A stretch of DNA of 64,000 nucleotides from an uncultured delta proteobacterium (GTDB lineage Bacteria > Desulfobacterota > Binatia > UBA9968), in NCBI GenBank assembly GCA_963847445.1, contig CAWJZV010000009.1:64001-128000 (forward strand). Direction: 5' to 3'. A program made the position numbers and the translations under genes. Below, in pieces: positions 19,854-28,558 of this stretch. Below the pieces are notes generated by a model that saw only the letters and a list, made by a program, of their open reading frames with translations, was not told where the DNA came from and did not search any database. Positions within the stretch are counted from its first letter, which is position 1. The number at the start of each line of letters is the position of its first letter.

Positions 19854-20219
19854 ATGGCAACGAAAAAGATACTGATCGTCGACGACACCGAATTTAACCG
19901 CGACTTGGTCATTCAGCTACTCGACGAAGACTACGACATGGTGATCGCGGAGAACGGTGCAGAAGCGTTGACCGTGACCGAGTCCGAGCGGCCGGATCTG
20001 ATTTTGATGGATCTTGGCATGCCGGTCATGGACGGCTGGGAAGCGACGCGAAAGTTGAAAGCCAACGACGCGCTGAAGCATATCCCTATCATCGCCGTCA
20101 CCTCCCACGCCATGGTCGGCGACGAGATCGACGCGCGCAAAGCCGGCTGCGACGATTACCTGCCGAAGCCGATTGACGACGAGCTGCTGCTGCAGAAGAT
20201 TAAGAAATTCATCGGCTGA
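19854..20219 (+). CDS. Single-domain response regulator (DivK-like)
   Basis: ILIVDD, LILMDLGMPVMDGWEATRKLK, IIAVTSHAMVGD, YLPKP. Confidence 0.92.
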   Translation: MATKKILIVDDTEFNRDLVIQLLDEDYDMVIAENGAEALTVTESERPDLILMDLGMPVMDGWEATRKLKANDALKHIPIIAVTSHAMVGDEIDARKAGCDDYLPKPIDDELLLQKIKKFIG

Positions 20220-20252
20220 TGTGAATTTGGATTCTGGATTTTCGGTTCTGGA

Positions 20253-21377
20253 TTGGGGAGGCGAAAGGTGACGACAGCGACCCAGCCGGTGATTCTGCCA
20301 CGTGATTCAGGCAATCCACAGTCTCTCAATTCGAAAAAACCAAGTTACGCTCGGTTGTTTTCGGGTTCGGACAATCCAAAAGCGGCCCCGCGGACTAAAA
20401 TCGATATTCACAAATCGCTAGCGTTTCTCTCCGCCGTGCTCGCACTGCTGCTTTGCGCTTCCATTGTTCACGCGCAATCGAAGCTCCCCAAGATCGGCTG
20501 GCTCTCCGCCGTGTCCGGTCCCCCCCGCGGGCGCGAGGAAGTTATTCGACGGCTCCGTGAGCTCGGCCATGTCGACGGCAAGACCGTCGCTTACGAGTTT
20601 CGCTATGCTGATAATAAGTTCGAGCGGCTACCGGCACTTGCCGATGAGCTGGTTCGCCTCAAGGTCGATTTACTGATCACGCCGGGCACTGCCGGCGCCC
20701 TCGCCTTGAAGAAGGCGACCAAGACGATCCCAATAGTTTTCTTAGACGTCACCGATCCGGTCGCCGCCGGCCTCGTTGACAGCCTGGCTCATCCCGGCGG
20801 CAATGTCACGGGCTTCAGCAGCGTTGAGTCGCTGTTGGCCGGCAAACGGCTGGAGCTCCTGAAAGAGACCGTCACTAAACTTTCCTCCGCAGCCGCACTG
20901 TGGGATCCGCGCAATCCAAGCTCAAAGCTGGAATGGCAAGACAGTCAAGCCGCGGCGCGCGAGCTCGGCTTGAAACTTCATTCCCTGGAAGTCAGCAGCG
21001 CCGATAAATACGAGAGCGCCTGGCGCGACGCCAATAAAGCCGGTATCGGCGCGGTCACCGTGTTGTCGACGCCGCTAGCCGCTGCCCATCAAGAACAGAT
21101 TACGCGGTTAGCCGCGAAATACCGCCTGCCGGCGATTTATGTTCAAGAAAACTTTGTTACAGGCGGCGGGTTGATGTCCTACGGCCCCGATCAAAACGAA
21201 CGTTTCAAGCGCATCGCCGTTTTCGTCGACAAGATTTTGAAAGGCGCCAAGCCCGCCGAACTCCCCGTCGAACAGCCGATGAAATTTGATTTCATCGTCA
21301 ATCTCAAGGCAGCGAAGCAGATCGGCCTGACGATCCCGCCCAACGTGTTGGTCAGAGCGGACAGAGTAATCCGGTAA
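20253..21377 (+). CDS. ABC_sub_bind-type substrate-binding protein (orphan; start uncertain)
   Basis: AQSKLPKIGWL, DPVAAGLVDSLAHPGGNVTG. C-terminus near-identical to 14551-15525. Confidence 0.85.
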   Translation: MGRRKVTTATQPVILPRDSGNPQSLNSKKPSYARLFSGSDNPKAAPRTKIDIHKSLAFLSAVLALLLCASIVHAQSKLPKIGWLSAVSGPPRGREEVIRRLRELGHVDGKTVAYEFRYADNKFERLPALADELVRLKVDLLITPGTAGALALKKATKTIPIVFLDVTDPVAAGLVDSLAHPGGNVTGFSSVESLLAGKRLELLKETVTKLSSAAALWDPRNPSSKLEWQDSQAAARELGLKLHSLEVSSADKYESAWRDANKAGIGAVTVLSTPLAAAHQEQITRLAAKYRLPAIYVQENFVTGGGLMSYGPDQNERFKRIAVFVDKILKGAKPAELPVEQPMKFDFIVNLKAAKQIGLTIPPNVLVRADRVIR

Positions 21378-21434
21378 CAGCTGTTCATCAGCCGTCAGAT
21401 GTCAGTTGTCAGCGCAGACATCGGAGAAAAATTC

Positions 21435-21530
21435 ATGATGAGGGTAATTATCTGTTTGCTAATGGCGAGTGTCATTCTGACTGCCGCCCCTGCCCCCCAG
21501 GCGCAGCTACCGGCGAAAAAGATTTGCTGA
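21435..21530 (+). pseudogene. Signal-peptide-only remnant of another SBP gene
   Basis: RBS GGAG then MMRVIICLLMASVILTAAPAPQAQLPAKKIC*, resembling the N-termini of neighbouring SBPs. Confidence 0.5.
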
Positions 21531-21664
21531 GGTTTCATAGCGGTAAACAATGAAGTTCACACTTCCAACGTGGTTTTCGGATAGCCGATCCGACAAGCCA
21601 TATGCGGCCCCGCGGACGGCAATCCAAAAGCAGCCCAGCAGACTAAAAGGGTAAAGGATGACGT

Positions 21665-22750
21665 ATGCCAAACAAAATCTTAATCGTCGACGATGAACCG
21701 TTCAATCTCGATCTGCTCGAACAAGAGCTGATGGAGTACGAATATGTCCTCGAGCGCGCCACCGACGGCATCGACGCGCTGGCGAAAGCTGATAGTTTCA
21801 GTCCGGACATCATCCTGCTCGACTACATGATGCCGAGGATGAACGGCCTCGAAGTCGTCAGGGCGCTACGGCAGAGCGAGCGCCACAAGAGCGTGCCGGT
21901 GATCCTCTTAACCGCCAAAGCGACTCAGGAAGACAAGATCGCCGGCCTCGACGCCGGCGCCGACGATTATGTCACCAAGCCGTTCGATTCTTTCGAGTTA
22001 TTAGCGCGGGTGCGCGCCATGCTGCGCATCAAAGAGCTGCACGACCAACTGGGCGACTGGAATCGCACGCTGGCGGAGAAAGTTCAGCAACAAGTCGGCG
22101 AGCTCAAGCGCATGGAGCGTTTGAAACGCTACCTCTCGCCGCAAATCGCCGAGACCATCCTGGAGAAAGAAGAAAACCTGTTCAAAACCCATCGCCGCGA
22201 GATCACCGTGGTGTTCCTCGACCTGCGTGGCTTCACGGCGTTCTCGGACAATGCGGAGCCCGAGGAGGTCATGGACCTTCTGCGCGATTATCACGCCGAG
22301 ATGGGCAAGTTGATTTTCCAATTTGAAGGCACACTGGAACGTTTCGTCGGCGACGGCATCGTGGTGATCTTCAACGATCCGCTGCCCTGTGAAGACCATG
22401 GCCGCAAAGCCGTCAGCATGGCGATCGAGATGCGCGACCGGGTGAAAGAACTGCGTATCGCGTGGACGAAGAAGGGCTACGATCTCGACCTCGGTGTCGG
22501 CTTAGCCACCGGCTACGCGACCTTGGGCACCATCGGTTTCGAGGGACGCATGGACTATAGCTCGGTCGGTAATTTGCCAAATCTCGCGGCGCGCATGTGC
22601 GCCGAGGCCAAGGGCGGACAGATCCTCACCGACCAAAAAACCATGAGCCGGTTGGAAGAGTTCTTCGATAGCGAAGCCTTCGAGGAATTCCAATTGAAAG
22701 GACTAAGCCGTCCGGTGCGAGTGTTTAATATCGTCGCAACGAAGGCGTAG
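21665..22750 (+). CDS. Response regulator-class III adenylate/guanylate cyclase
   Basis: REC domain then [38 protein letters not shown]. Confidence 0.92.
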   Translation: MPNKILIVDDEPFNLDLLEQELMEYEYVLERATDGIDALAKADSFSPDIILLDYMMPRMNGLEVVRALRQSERHKSVPVILLTAKATQEDKIAGLDAGADDYVTKPFDSFELLARVRAMLRIKELHDQLGDWNRTLAEKVQQQVGELKRMERLKRYLSPQIAETILEKEENLFKTHRREITVVFLDLRGFTAFSDNAEPEEVMDLLRDYHAEMGKLIFQFEGTLERFVGDGIVVIFNDPLPCEDHGRKAVSMAIEMRDRVKELRIAWTKKGYDLDLGVGLATGYATLGTIGFEGRMDYSSVGNLPNLAARMCAEAKGGQILTDQKTMSRLEEFFDSEAFEEFQLKGLSRPVRVFNIVATKA

Positions 22751-23114
22751 CGGCAATCCCTCCGTGTCACGCTGTCTGCGTCAGAGGTTTTTTTTCCTTG
22801 TCTGCGCCTACTTCAAATTTCGCAACGCGAACCAATTTCCTGCCAGCTTCCGAGTGACAGCGATCGCGTTTCCCATCTGAGTTAGCTTCTATCAGCGCGA
22901 TTCTACGCGACGCGAATGATGATTTTTCAAAAATTGGCCGGGCAATCTTTCTCCAGCGTCATTACAACGCGGCATGGGATCAAGTTTCACGAATAAAACA
23001 ACGCGTCGTTAAATTGTAACGCGTCGTTGCAAGCAAACTCTATCAAGACATCGTAGTTCGGCGCATGCGAATAGAAAATTTTCGGAAAAAAAATTGTAGA
23101 ATAGTATTTTTTTC

Positions 23115-23144
23115 TTGACATACTATTAATTGTGTCATTATACT
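23115..23144 (+). promoter_or_regulatory. Near-consensus sigma-70 promoter with overlapping inverted repeat
   Basis: TTGACA-18-TATACT, AT-rich upstream tract, TGACA-N12-TGTCA palindrome. Confidence 0.8.
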
Positions 23145-23258
23145 CTGCGCAGGTACAAAATATGGGAGGGTTGCTGATAGTAAACTGTCTTCGCCTGAGT
23201 CAAGCTGTTCTTCCTATCAAGAAAATACCCGCCCGTTTAATCTTACAAGGAGGTGCTT

Positions 23259-23306
23259 ATGGCAGCTAAGAAAAAGGCCAAAAAGAAAGCCAAAAAGAAA
23301 AAGTAG
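23259..23306 (+). CDS. 15-aa Lys/Ala-rich micropeptide MAAKKKAKKKAKKKK
   Basis: Extended SD AAGGAGGT immediately upstream of the ATG, own promoter and terminator. Below the ORF-track length cutoff. Confidence 0.72.
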   Translation: MAAKKKAKKKAKKKK

Positions 23307-23391
23307 TCAATTAGTTGTGGGGTTGTGGTGGTGGTAGTATAAACCCTCCTTACTCTCAGGCGACCAGATAACCGTTCTGGTTATCTATCAC

Positions 23392-23431
23392 AGAAGCCCT
23401 CCGGAGATGATTCGGGGGGCTTTCTGCTTTT
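23392..23431 (+). terminator. Rho-independent terminator
   Basis: AGAAGCCCTCCGGA-GATGA-TTCGGGGGGCTTTCT followed by GCTTTT. Confidence 0.8.
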
Positions 23432-23591
23432 AGAAACTACGTTTCCATAATTCTTGAGCGTCTCAGACCGGCATATCGCCAACATAGCAACGAGTTTTAC
23501 CTGGCCTGCTCATGGGAACCAATTTACCGCGGTGCCGGTTGCATCAGTGTCCTTATTGCGCCGCTTTGAACAGTTGGTTAGAGTGTCGCGA

Positions 23592-24167
23592 ATGTCTAAG
23601 ATCAAGCCTCCGCATATTTACTTGGCTCTCTGTCTGGTTCAGCTGATTTTTCTCGGCTGGACAGCTCGCGCCGGCGACGCCGCCGAGTCCTCAAGCAAAG
23701 CCGACTACAAAGCGGTGCCGATTCTCCAGCCGATGAAAGAGGTCGCGCCGACGCCGGAAATCAATCTCACCACACCCGACGGCAAAAAGATTTCTTTGCG
23801 CGACTTTCGCGGCAAGATCGTTATGTTGAATTTTTGGGCCAGCTGGTGCGTCCCTTGCCGCGAAGAGATGCCGGCGATGGAAAAGCTCTATCAAGAATTT
23901 AAGGACAAAAACTTTGTCATCCTCGCGGTGGCGGTCAAAGATCGCAAACAAGACGCCGTCGATTTCGTCAAGGAACTCAAGCTCACCTATCCAGTCGCCC
24001 TCGATCCAGAGGGGAAAGTCGGCCAGGAATATGGCGCTTGGGGATTGCCCGCGACCTATCTCATCGGTCCCAAAGGCGAGGGTTTGGCGCGCGGTTGGGG
24101 ACCGGCGGAGTGGCATGGCGCGGGCGCGCGTAAACTGATCAAAGACTTGGTCGACGGCAAGCGATGA
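23592..24167 (+). CDS. TlpA/ResA family thiol-disulfide reductase
   Basis: NFWASWCVPCREEMPAM, N-terminal TM/signal, GLPATYLI. Confidence 0.9.
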   Translation: MSKIKPPHIYLALCLVQLIFLGWTARAGDAAESSSKADYKAVPILQPMKEVAPTPEINLTTPDGKKISLRDFRGKIVMLNFWASWCVPCREEMPAMEKLYQEFKDKNFVILAVAVKDRKQDAVDFVKELKLTYPVALDPEGKVGQEYGAWGLPATYLIGPKGEGLARGWGPAEWHGAGARKLIKDLVDGKR

Positions 24168-24901
24168 CCGACGTCAACGCCTTTGTCGCTTTCGCCGCCG
24201 GGATTTTTTCTTTTCTCTCTCCCTGCGTATTGCCGCTGATCCCATCGTATCTTTCTTTCGTTTCGGGGGTTTCCCTTGACGAAATGCGCAGTAAGCAGGC
24301 GCGCTCGCAGGTACGCTGGCGCGTCCTGCTCAACTCGCTGGCGTTTATTTTGGGCTTCTCCTTGGTCTTCGTCTCCCTGGGCGCGTCGGCAAGTTTTCTC
24401 GGCGGCCTGTTTATGGGCTATCGCGACGCCATTCGCATCACCGGTGGGATATTTATCTTGCTCGTCGGACTCTATCTGGTCGGTGCTTTCAAGATCACCG
24501 CTCTCGACCGCTATTTACAGTTCAATTTGAAAGACAAGCCGGCCGGTTACTTAGGTTCGGTCCTGGTCGGCATCACCTTCGCGGTCGCTTGGACGCCTTG
24601 CGTCGGTCCGATCCTCGGCGCCACGCTGGCATTGGCCAGCACCTCCGGCGAAATCGGCCGCGGCACGTTCTTGCTCATGAGCTATGCCGCTGGTCTGGGG
24701 CTGCCATTTTTCTTGAGCGCGCTGGCGATCGACTCATTTTTTCAGTTCTCGCAGAAACTGCGCCACTATATTCAAGCGATTCATGTGGTCGGCGGCATTC
24801 TCTTGATCGTCGTCGGCATCCTGTTGATCACCGACTACATGACCATTTTGAATGCCTACGCGCTTCGTTTTACGCCCCACTGGCTGCTGCAGCGGCTCTA
24901 G
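24164..24901 (+). CDS. ccdA: Cytochrome c biogenesis protein CcdA
   Basis: SFLSPCVLPLIPSY and WTPCVGPILG motifs. Confidence 0.92.
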   Translation: MTDVNAFVAFAAGIFSFLSPCVLPLIPSYLSFVSGVSLDEMRSKQARSQVRWRVLLNSLAFILGFSLVFVSLGASASFLGGLFMGYRDAIRITGGIFILLVGLYLVGAFKITALDRYLQFNLKDKPAGYLGSVLVGITFAVAWTPCVGPILGATLALASTSGEIGRGTFLLMSYAAGLGLPFFLSALAIDSFFQFSQKLRHYIQAIHVVGGILLIVVGILLITDYMTILNAYALRFTPHWLLQRL

Positions 24902-24991
24902 CAGCTAGTTTGTTTGACCCGTCACAGGCTAAATGTTAGCTTTTTGAAACTTAACTCTAGGTCAATGAGTCCCGCCAACAGCGGAGCAATC

Positions 24992-25541
24992 ATGGAAGAA
25001 CAGATTCGGCAAATTCTCAAAGCCATCGGCGAAGATCCCGAGCGTGAAGGACTGCTTAAAACGCCGCAGCGCGTCGCTGAAGCACTGGCCTTTTTGACCC
25101 GCGGTTATGACATGGACCCTGAGAAGGTGATCAACGATGCGCTGTTTACCGAAGATTACTCGGAAATGATCGTCCAGCGCGACATCGATTTTTACTCGTT
25201 GTGCGAACACCACATGTTACCGTTCATCGGCAAAGCTCATGTCGCCTACATTCCGCATCATAAAATTGTCGGTATCTCCAAACTCGCCCGGCTGGTCGAC
25301 ATTTATGCGGCCCGCTTGCAAGTCCAAGAGCGCATGACCAACCAGATCGCCACGACGATCATGGAAAAACTCGACGCCCTAGGTGTCGCCGTGGTGCTCG
25401 AAGCCGAACATCTGTGCATGCGCATGCGCGGCGTGGAAAAACAGAACTCCTACGTCATCACCAGCAGCTTTGCTCGGCGCCTTTCGGACCCGCCAGGAAA
25501 CCCGCGCCGAGTTCATGAATTTGATCCGGCGCAAGGATTGA
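24992..25541 (+). CDS. folE: GTP cyclohydrolase I (frameshift near 25468)
   Basis: [41 protein letters not shown]. The shifted frame gives [23 protein letters not shown]. Confidence 0.92.
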
Positions 25542-25552
25542 GCGAGAGCGCC

Positions 25553-27031
25553 ATGATGGAAATCCGTTTTCGCGATAGCACCGCTGACCGCATAAAATCC
25601 GACTTGGTCGTTATCCCCGTGCGCGATAAGCAGCTCGACAACCCGGCGCTGCGCGCCCTCGACCGCCATCTCAAAGGCCAGCTGCGCGCGCGCATGAGCA
25701 AAAGTAATTTCACCGGCGCCGAAGGCAGCGTTTTGCTGCATCCGACCGCGGGCATGCTGCCGGCAGCGTATCTGTTGCTCGTCGGTATCGGCGCTGGCGA
25801 AACCAGTGGCGACACATGGCGCAAGGCCGGCGCCAAGGCGCGCAAAGAAGCCGGCGCCATCGGTGCCGGCGAATTCGCCATGCTCTTGACTGCGGAAAAC
25901 AATCTCGAGAGCGCCGCCGGCGCCATCGTCGAAGGCGCCGCACTGGCCGGCTATCAGTTCAACAAATATCGATCGAACGGCAAGCCCGCTACGGCACTGA
26001 ATCGTTTGACCCTGTTTCGTTCCGGTTTAAAGAAAACCAGCGGGTTGCAGAAATCGGTAGATATCGCGCAAGCCACCGCGCCCGGAGTTTTCCTGGCGCG
26101 CGATTTGGTTAACGAACCGCCGTCGGTGGCGACGGCAAAATTTCTCGGCGCCCAAGCCCAGCGCGCCTGCCAAGGCCGCGGTCTATCGGTGGAAGTGTGG
26201 AACAAGAAAAAAATCGAGGCGATGAAGTTAGCCGGCCTGCTGGCGGTCAATCGCGGCAGCTTGGAAGAGCCGCGCTTCATTCGTATCCGCTACCGGCCCG
26301 CCGGCAAAGCGCGCAAGCGCGTCGCGCTGATCGGCAAAGGCATCACCTTCGACTCCGGCGGCCTGTCGCTCAAGCCGTCGAAATCGATGGAGACCATGAA
26401 GCTCGACATGGCCGGCGGCGCCGCGGTCATCGCCACCATGAGTTGCCTGCCCAAGTTGGGCCTCGATATCGAGGTCACCGGCTACGTGCCGACCACCGAC
26501 AATTTGCCGGGCCATAATGCGCAGAAGCCCGGCGATGTCATTCGTTATATGAACGGCAAGACCATCGAAGTGTTAAACACCGACGCCGAGGGCCGCTTGA
26601 TTCTCGCCGACGCGCTCGCTCTAGCGGCGCAACAAAAACCCGACTACATGATCAATCTGGCCACGCTGACCGGCGCCTGCATGACCGCTCTCGGCACGCA
26701 GGTTGGCGGCATCTTCAGCAACCACCAGCCGTTGGCGGACAGTCTGCTGCGGAGCGGCCAGGAAGCCGGTGAAAAACTCTGGCAACTGCCGCTGGTGAAG
26801 GAATATAAAGAGCTGATCAAGAGCGCTGTCGCCGACATGAAAAACATCGGCGGCGCCCATGGCGGCGCCATCACCGCGGCGCTGATCCTGCAGGAGTTCG
26901 TCGGCGACACCGCCTGGGCCCATCTCGACATCGCCGGCCCCGCCTTTGCCGAAAGCGACAATCTGCTCGGTCCCAAAGGCGGCACCGGCTTCGGCGTGCG
27001 CACGTTAATAAAATTTTTGCTGAGTCTTTAA
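25553..27031 (+). CDS. pepA: Leucyl aminopeptidase (M17)
   Basis: [33 protein letters not shown]. Confidence 0.94.
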   Translation: MMEIRFRDSTADRIKSDLVVIPVRDKQLDNPALRALDRHLKGQLRARMSKSNFTGAEGSVLLHPTAGMLPAAYLLLVGIGAGETSGDTWRKAGAKARKEAGAIGAGEFAMLLTAENNLESAAGAIVEGAALAGYQFNKYRSNGKPATALNRLTLFRSGLKKTSGLQKSVDIAQATAPGVFLARDLVNEPPSVATAKFLGAQAQRACQGRGLSVEVWNKKKIEAMKLAGLLAVNRGSLEEPRFIRIRYRPAGKARKRVALIGKGITFDSGGLSLKPSKSMETMKLDMAGGAAVIATMSCLPKLGLDIEVTGYVPTTDNLPGHNAQKPGDVIRYMNGKTIEVLNTDAEGRLILADALALAAQQKPDYMINLATLTGACMTALGTQVGGIFSNHQPLADSLLRSGQEAGEKLWQLPLVKEYKELIKSAVADMKNIGGAHGGAITAALILQEFVGDTAWAHLDIAGPAFAESDNLLGPKGGTGFGVRTLIKFLLSL

Positions 27032-27041
27032 GGAGGCGATC

Positions 27042-27368
27042 GTGGGAAAAATTACCGAAGTGGGCGATCACAATTTCGAAACTGAAGTGCTCAAATCCGC
27101 CGTGCCGGTGCTGGTCGACTTCTGGGCGCCTTGGTGCGGCCCGTGCAAAGCGATCGCGCCGATGGTCGAAGAAATCGCCGGCGAATACGACGGCAAGTTG
27201 AAAGTCGCCAAACTCAACGTCGACGACCATCCCGCCACCGCCGCGAAATACGGCATCCGCGGCATTCCGAATTTGATTATCTTAAAAGGCGGCGCGGTCA
27301 AAGAACAGATCGTCGGCGCGGTGCCGAAGGCAAAATTGGTCGCCGCCATCGATAAAGCGTTACAGTAA
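27042..27368 (+). CDS. trxA: Thioredoxin
   Basis: DFWAPWCGPCK. RBS AAGGAGG. Confidence 0.95.
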   Translation: MGKITEVGDHNFETEVLKSAVPVLVDFWAPWCGPCKAIAPMVEEIAGEYDGKLKVAKLNVDDHPATAAKYGIRGIPNLIILKGGAVKEQIVGAVPKAKLVAAIDKALQ

Positions 27369-27391
27369 GCGCCTCAGTTGAATTGCCAACG

Positions 27392-27451
27392 GCTGGAGTG
27401 GTGGTCGGATTCTGCCCATCGCTCCAGCACTCCGTGACTCCCCCACTCCAT
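27392..27451. repeat. 8-mer repeat hairpin (TGGAGT.. / ..ACTCCA) between convergent genes
   Basis: CTGGAGTGGTGG...CCATCGCTCCAGCACTCCGTGACTCCCCCACTCCA. Related copy at 62099-62206. Confidence 0.55.
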
Positions 27452-27454
27452 TGT

Positions 27455-28558
27455 TCAGAACACGTAGCGCCGCATACTGACGTTGATGATCACGCCGATG
27501 GCGAACATCATCGACGCTAAGGCGGAGCCGCCATAGCTCACCATCGGCAACGGCACGCCGACCACCGGCATGAGCCCGGTGACCATCGAAATGTTGATCG
27601 CCACATGCCAGAAAATGATTGACAGCATGCCGAACACCAAAAGCGCGCCGAATCGGTCCTTGGCCCGCTGCACAATGCCGAGACAGTAAGCGACTATGAT
27701 CACGAACAGTAGCAATAGCGCGGCGCAACCGACAAAGCCCCACTCTTCGGAAAACACCGCGAAGATGAAATCGGTGTGCTGCTCGGGTAGGAAGTTCAAC
27801 CGGTTCTGCGTGCCGTGGAGCCAGCCCTTGCCAAACAATTTGCCCGAGCCGACGGCGATCTGCGACTGAATGACATGGTAACCGGCGCCGAGCGGATCGC
27901 GGTCGGGGTCGAGAAAGGTAAGAATGCGATTGCGTTGATATGGCTTCAAAAACTGCCAAGCGACAGGCAGCAACGCAATTCCGGCGCCAACCAGGTATGA
28001 AAACGATCGCAACCGCAAACCGCCCATCAACACCATGCTCATGAACACGATGCCGAGAATGATCGCCGTGCCTAAGTCAGGTTGGATCAAGGTCAAAAAT
28101 ATCAACGGCGCCACCATGGCAAAGGGCACCAAGAGATTGCGCAGATAATAACCATCGGCCGGCTCGTCGGCCTGAAAATATTTCGCCATGAGCAGCACGA
28201 TGGCGAGTTTGGCGGGCTCCGACGGTTGCAAGCGAAAGAAACCGAGATTGATCCAGCGCTGCGAACCGCCGCCGGAATGGCCGACGATGACGACGAGAAT
28301 CAGCAGCAGCAGCATCAAGCCGTAGAACGGATAGGCCAGCCGGTCGATATAGTGATAGTCAAAACTGATCGCCACGAACATCGCCACCAAGCCGAGACCC
28401 AGCCAAGTCAGCTGGCGCATCGGCAAAGCGCCGGCGTGGCCGGTGGCGAGATTGTAGTTGGCACTGTAGATGGTTGTGATACCGATGGCGACCAAGGTCA
28501 ACACCAGCAAAAAGAGCGTCCAGTCGAAGTGCGAGATCAAGCGCCGGTCAATCTGCAC
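27455..28558 (-). CDS. rodA: Rod shape-determining protein RodA
   Basis: QPSEPAK, QPDLGTA, LPEQHTDFIF, SYGGS. GTG start overlapping the mrdA stop. Confidence 0.95.
   Translation of the reverse strand: MQIDRRLISHFDWTLFLLVLTLVAIGITTIYSANYNLATGHAGALPMRQLTWLGLGLVAMFVAISFDYHYIDRLAYPFYGLMLLLLILVVIVGHSGGGSQRWINLGFFRLQPSEPAKLAIVLLMAKYFQADEPADGYYLRNLLVPFAMVAPLIFLTLIQPDLGTAIILGIVFMSMVLMGGLRLRSFSYLVGAGIALLPVAWQFLKPYQRNRILTFLDPDRDPLGAGYHVIQSQIAVGSGKLFGKGWLHGTQNRLNFLPEQHTDFIFAVFSEEWGFVGCAALLLLFVIIVAYCLGIVQRAKDRFGALLVFGMLSIIFWHVAINISMVTGLMPVVGVPLPMVSYGGSALASMMFAIGVIINVSMRRYVF

Noticed and set aside
23259-23431. Classical lysine attenuator leader
   Set aside because: Downstream genes (tlpA, ccdA) are not lysine biosynthetic and tlpA has its own promoter. 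I saw no clear antiterminator overlapping the terminator stem.
24914-27031. Apparent 705-aa FolE-PepA fusion
   Set aside because: An extra base near 25468 shifts folE. The alternative frame restores a normal FolE C-terminus with a stop at 25541, and pepA has its own ATG at 25553.
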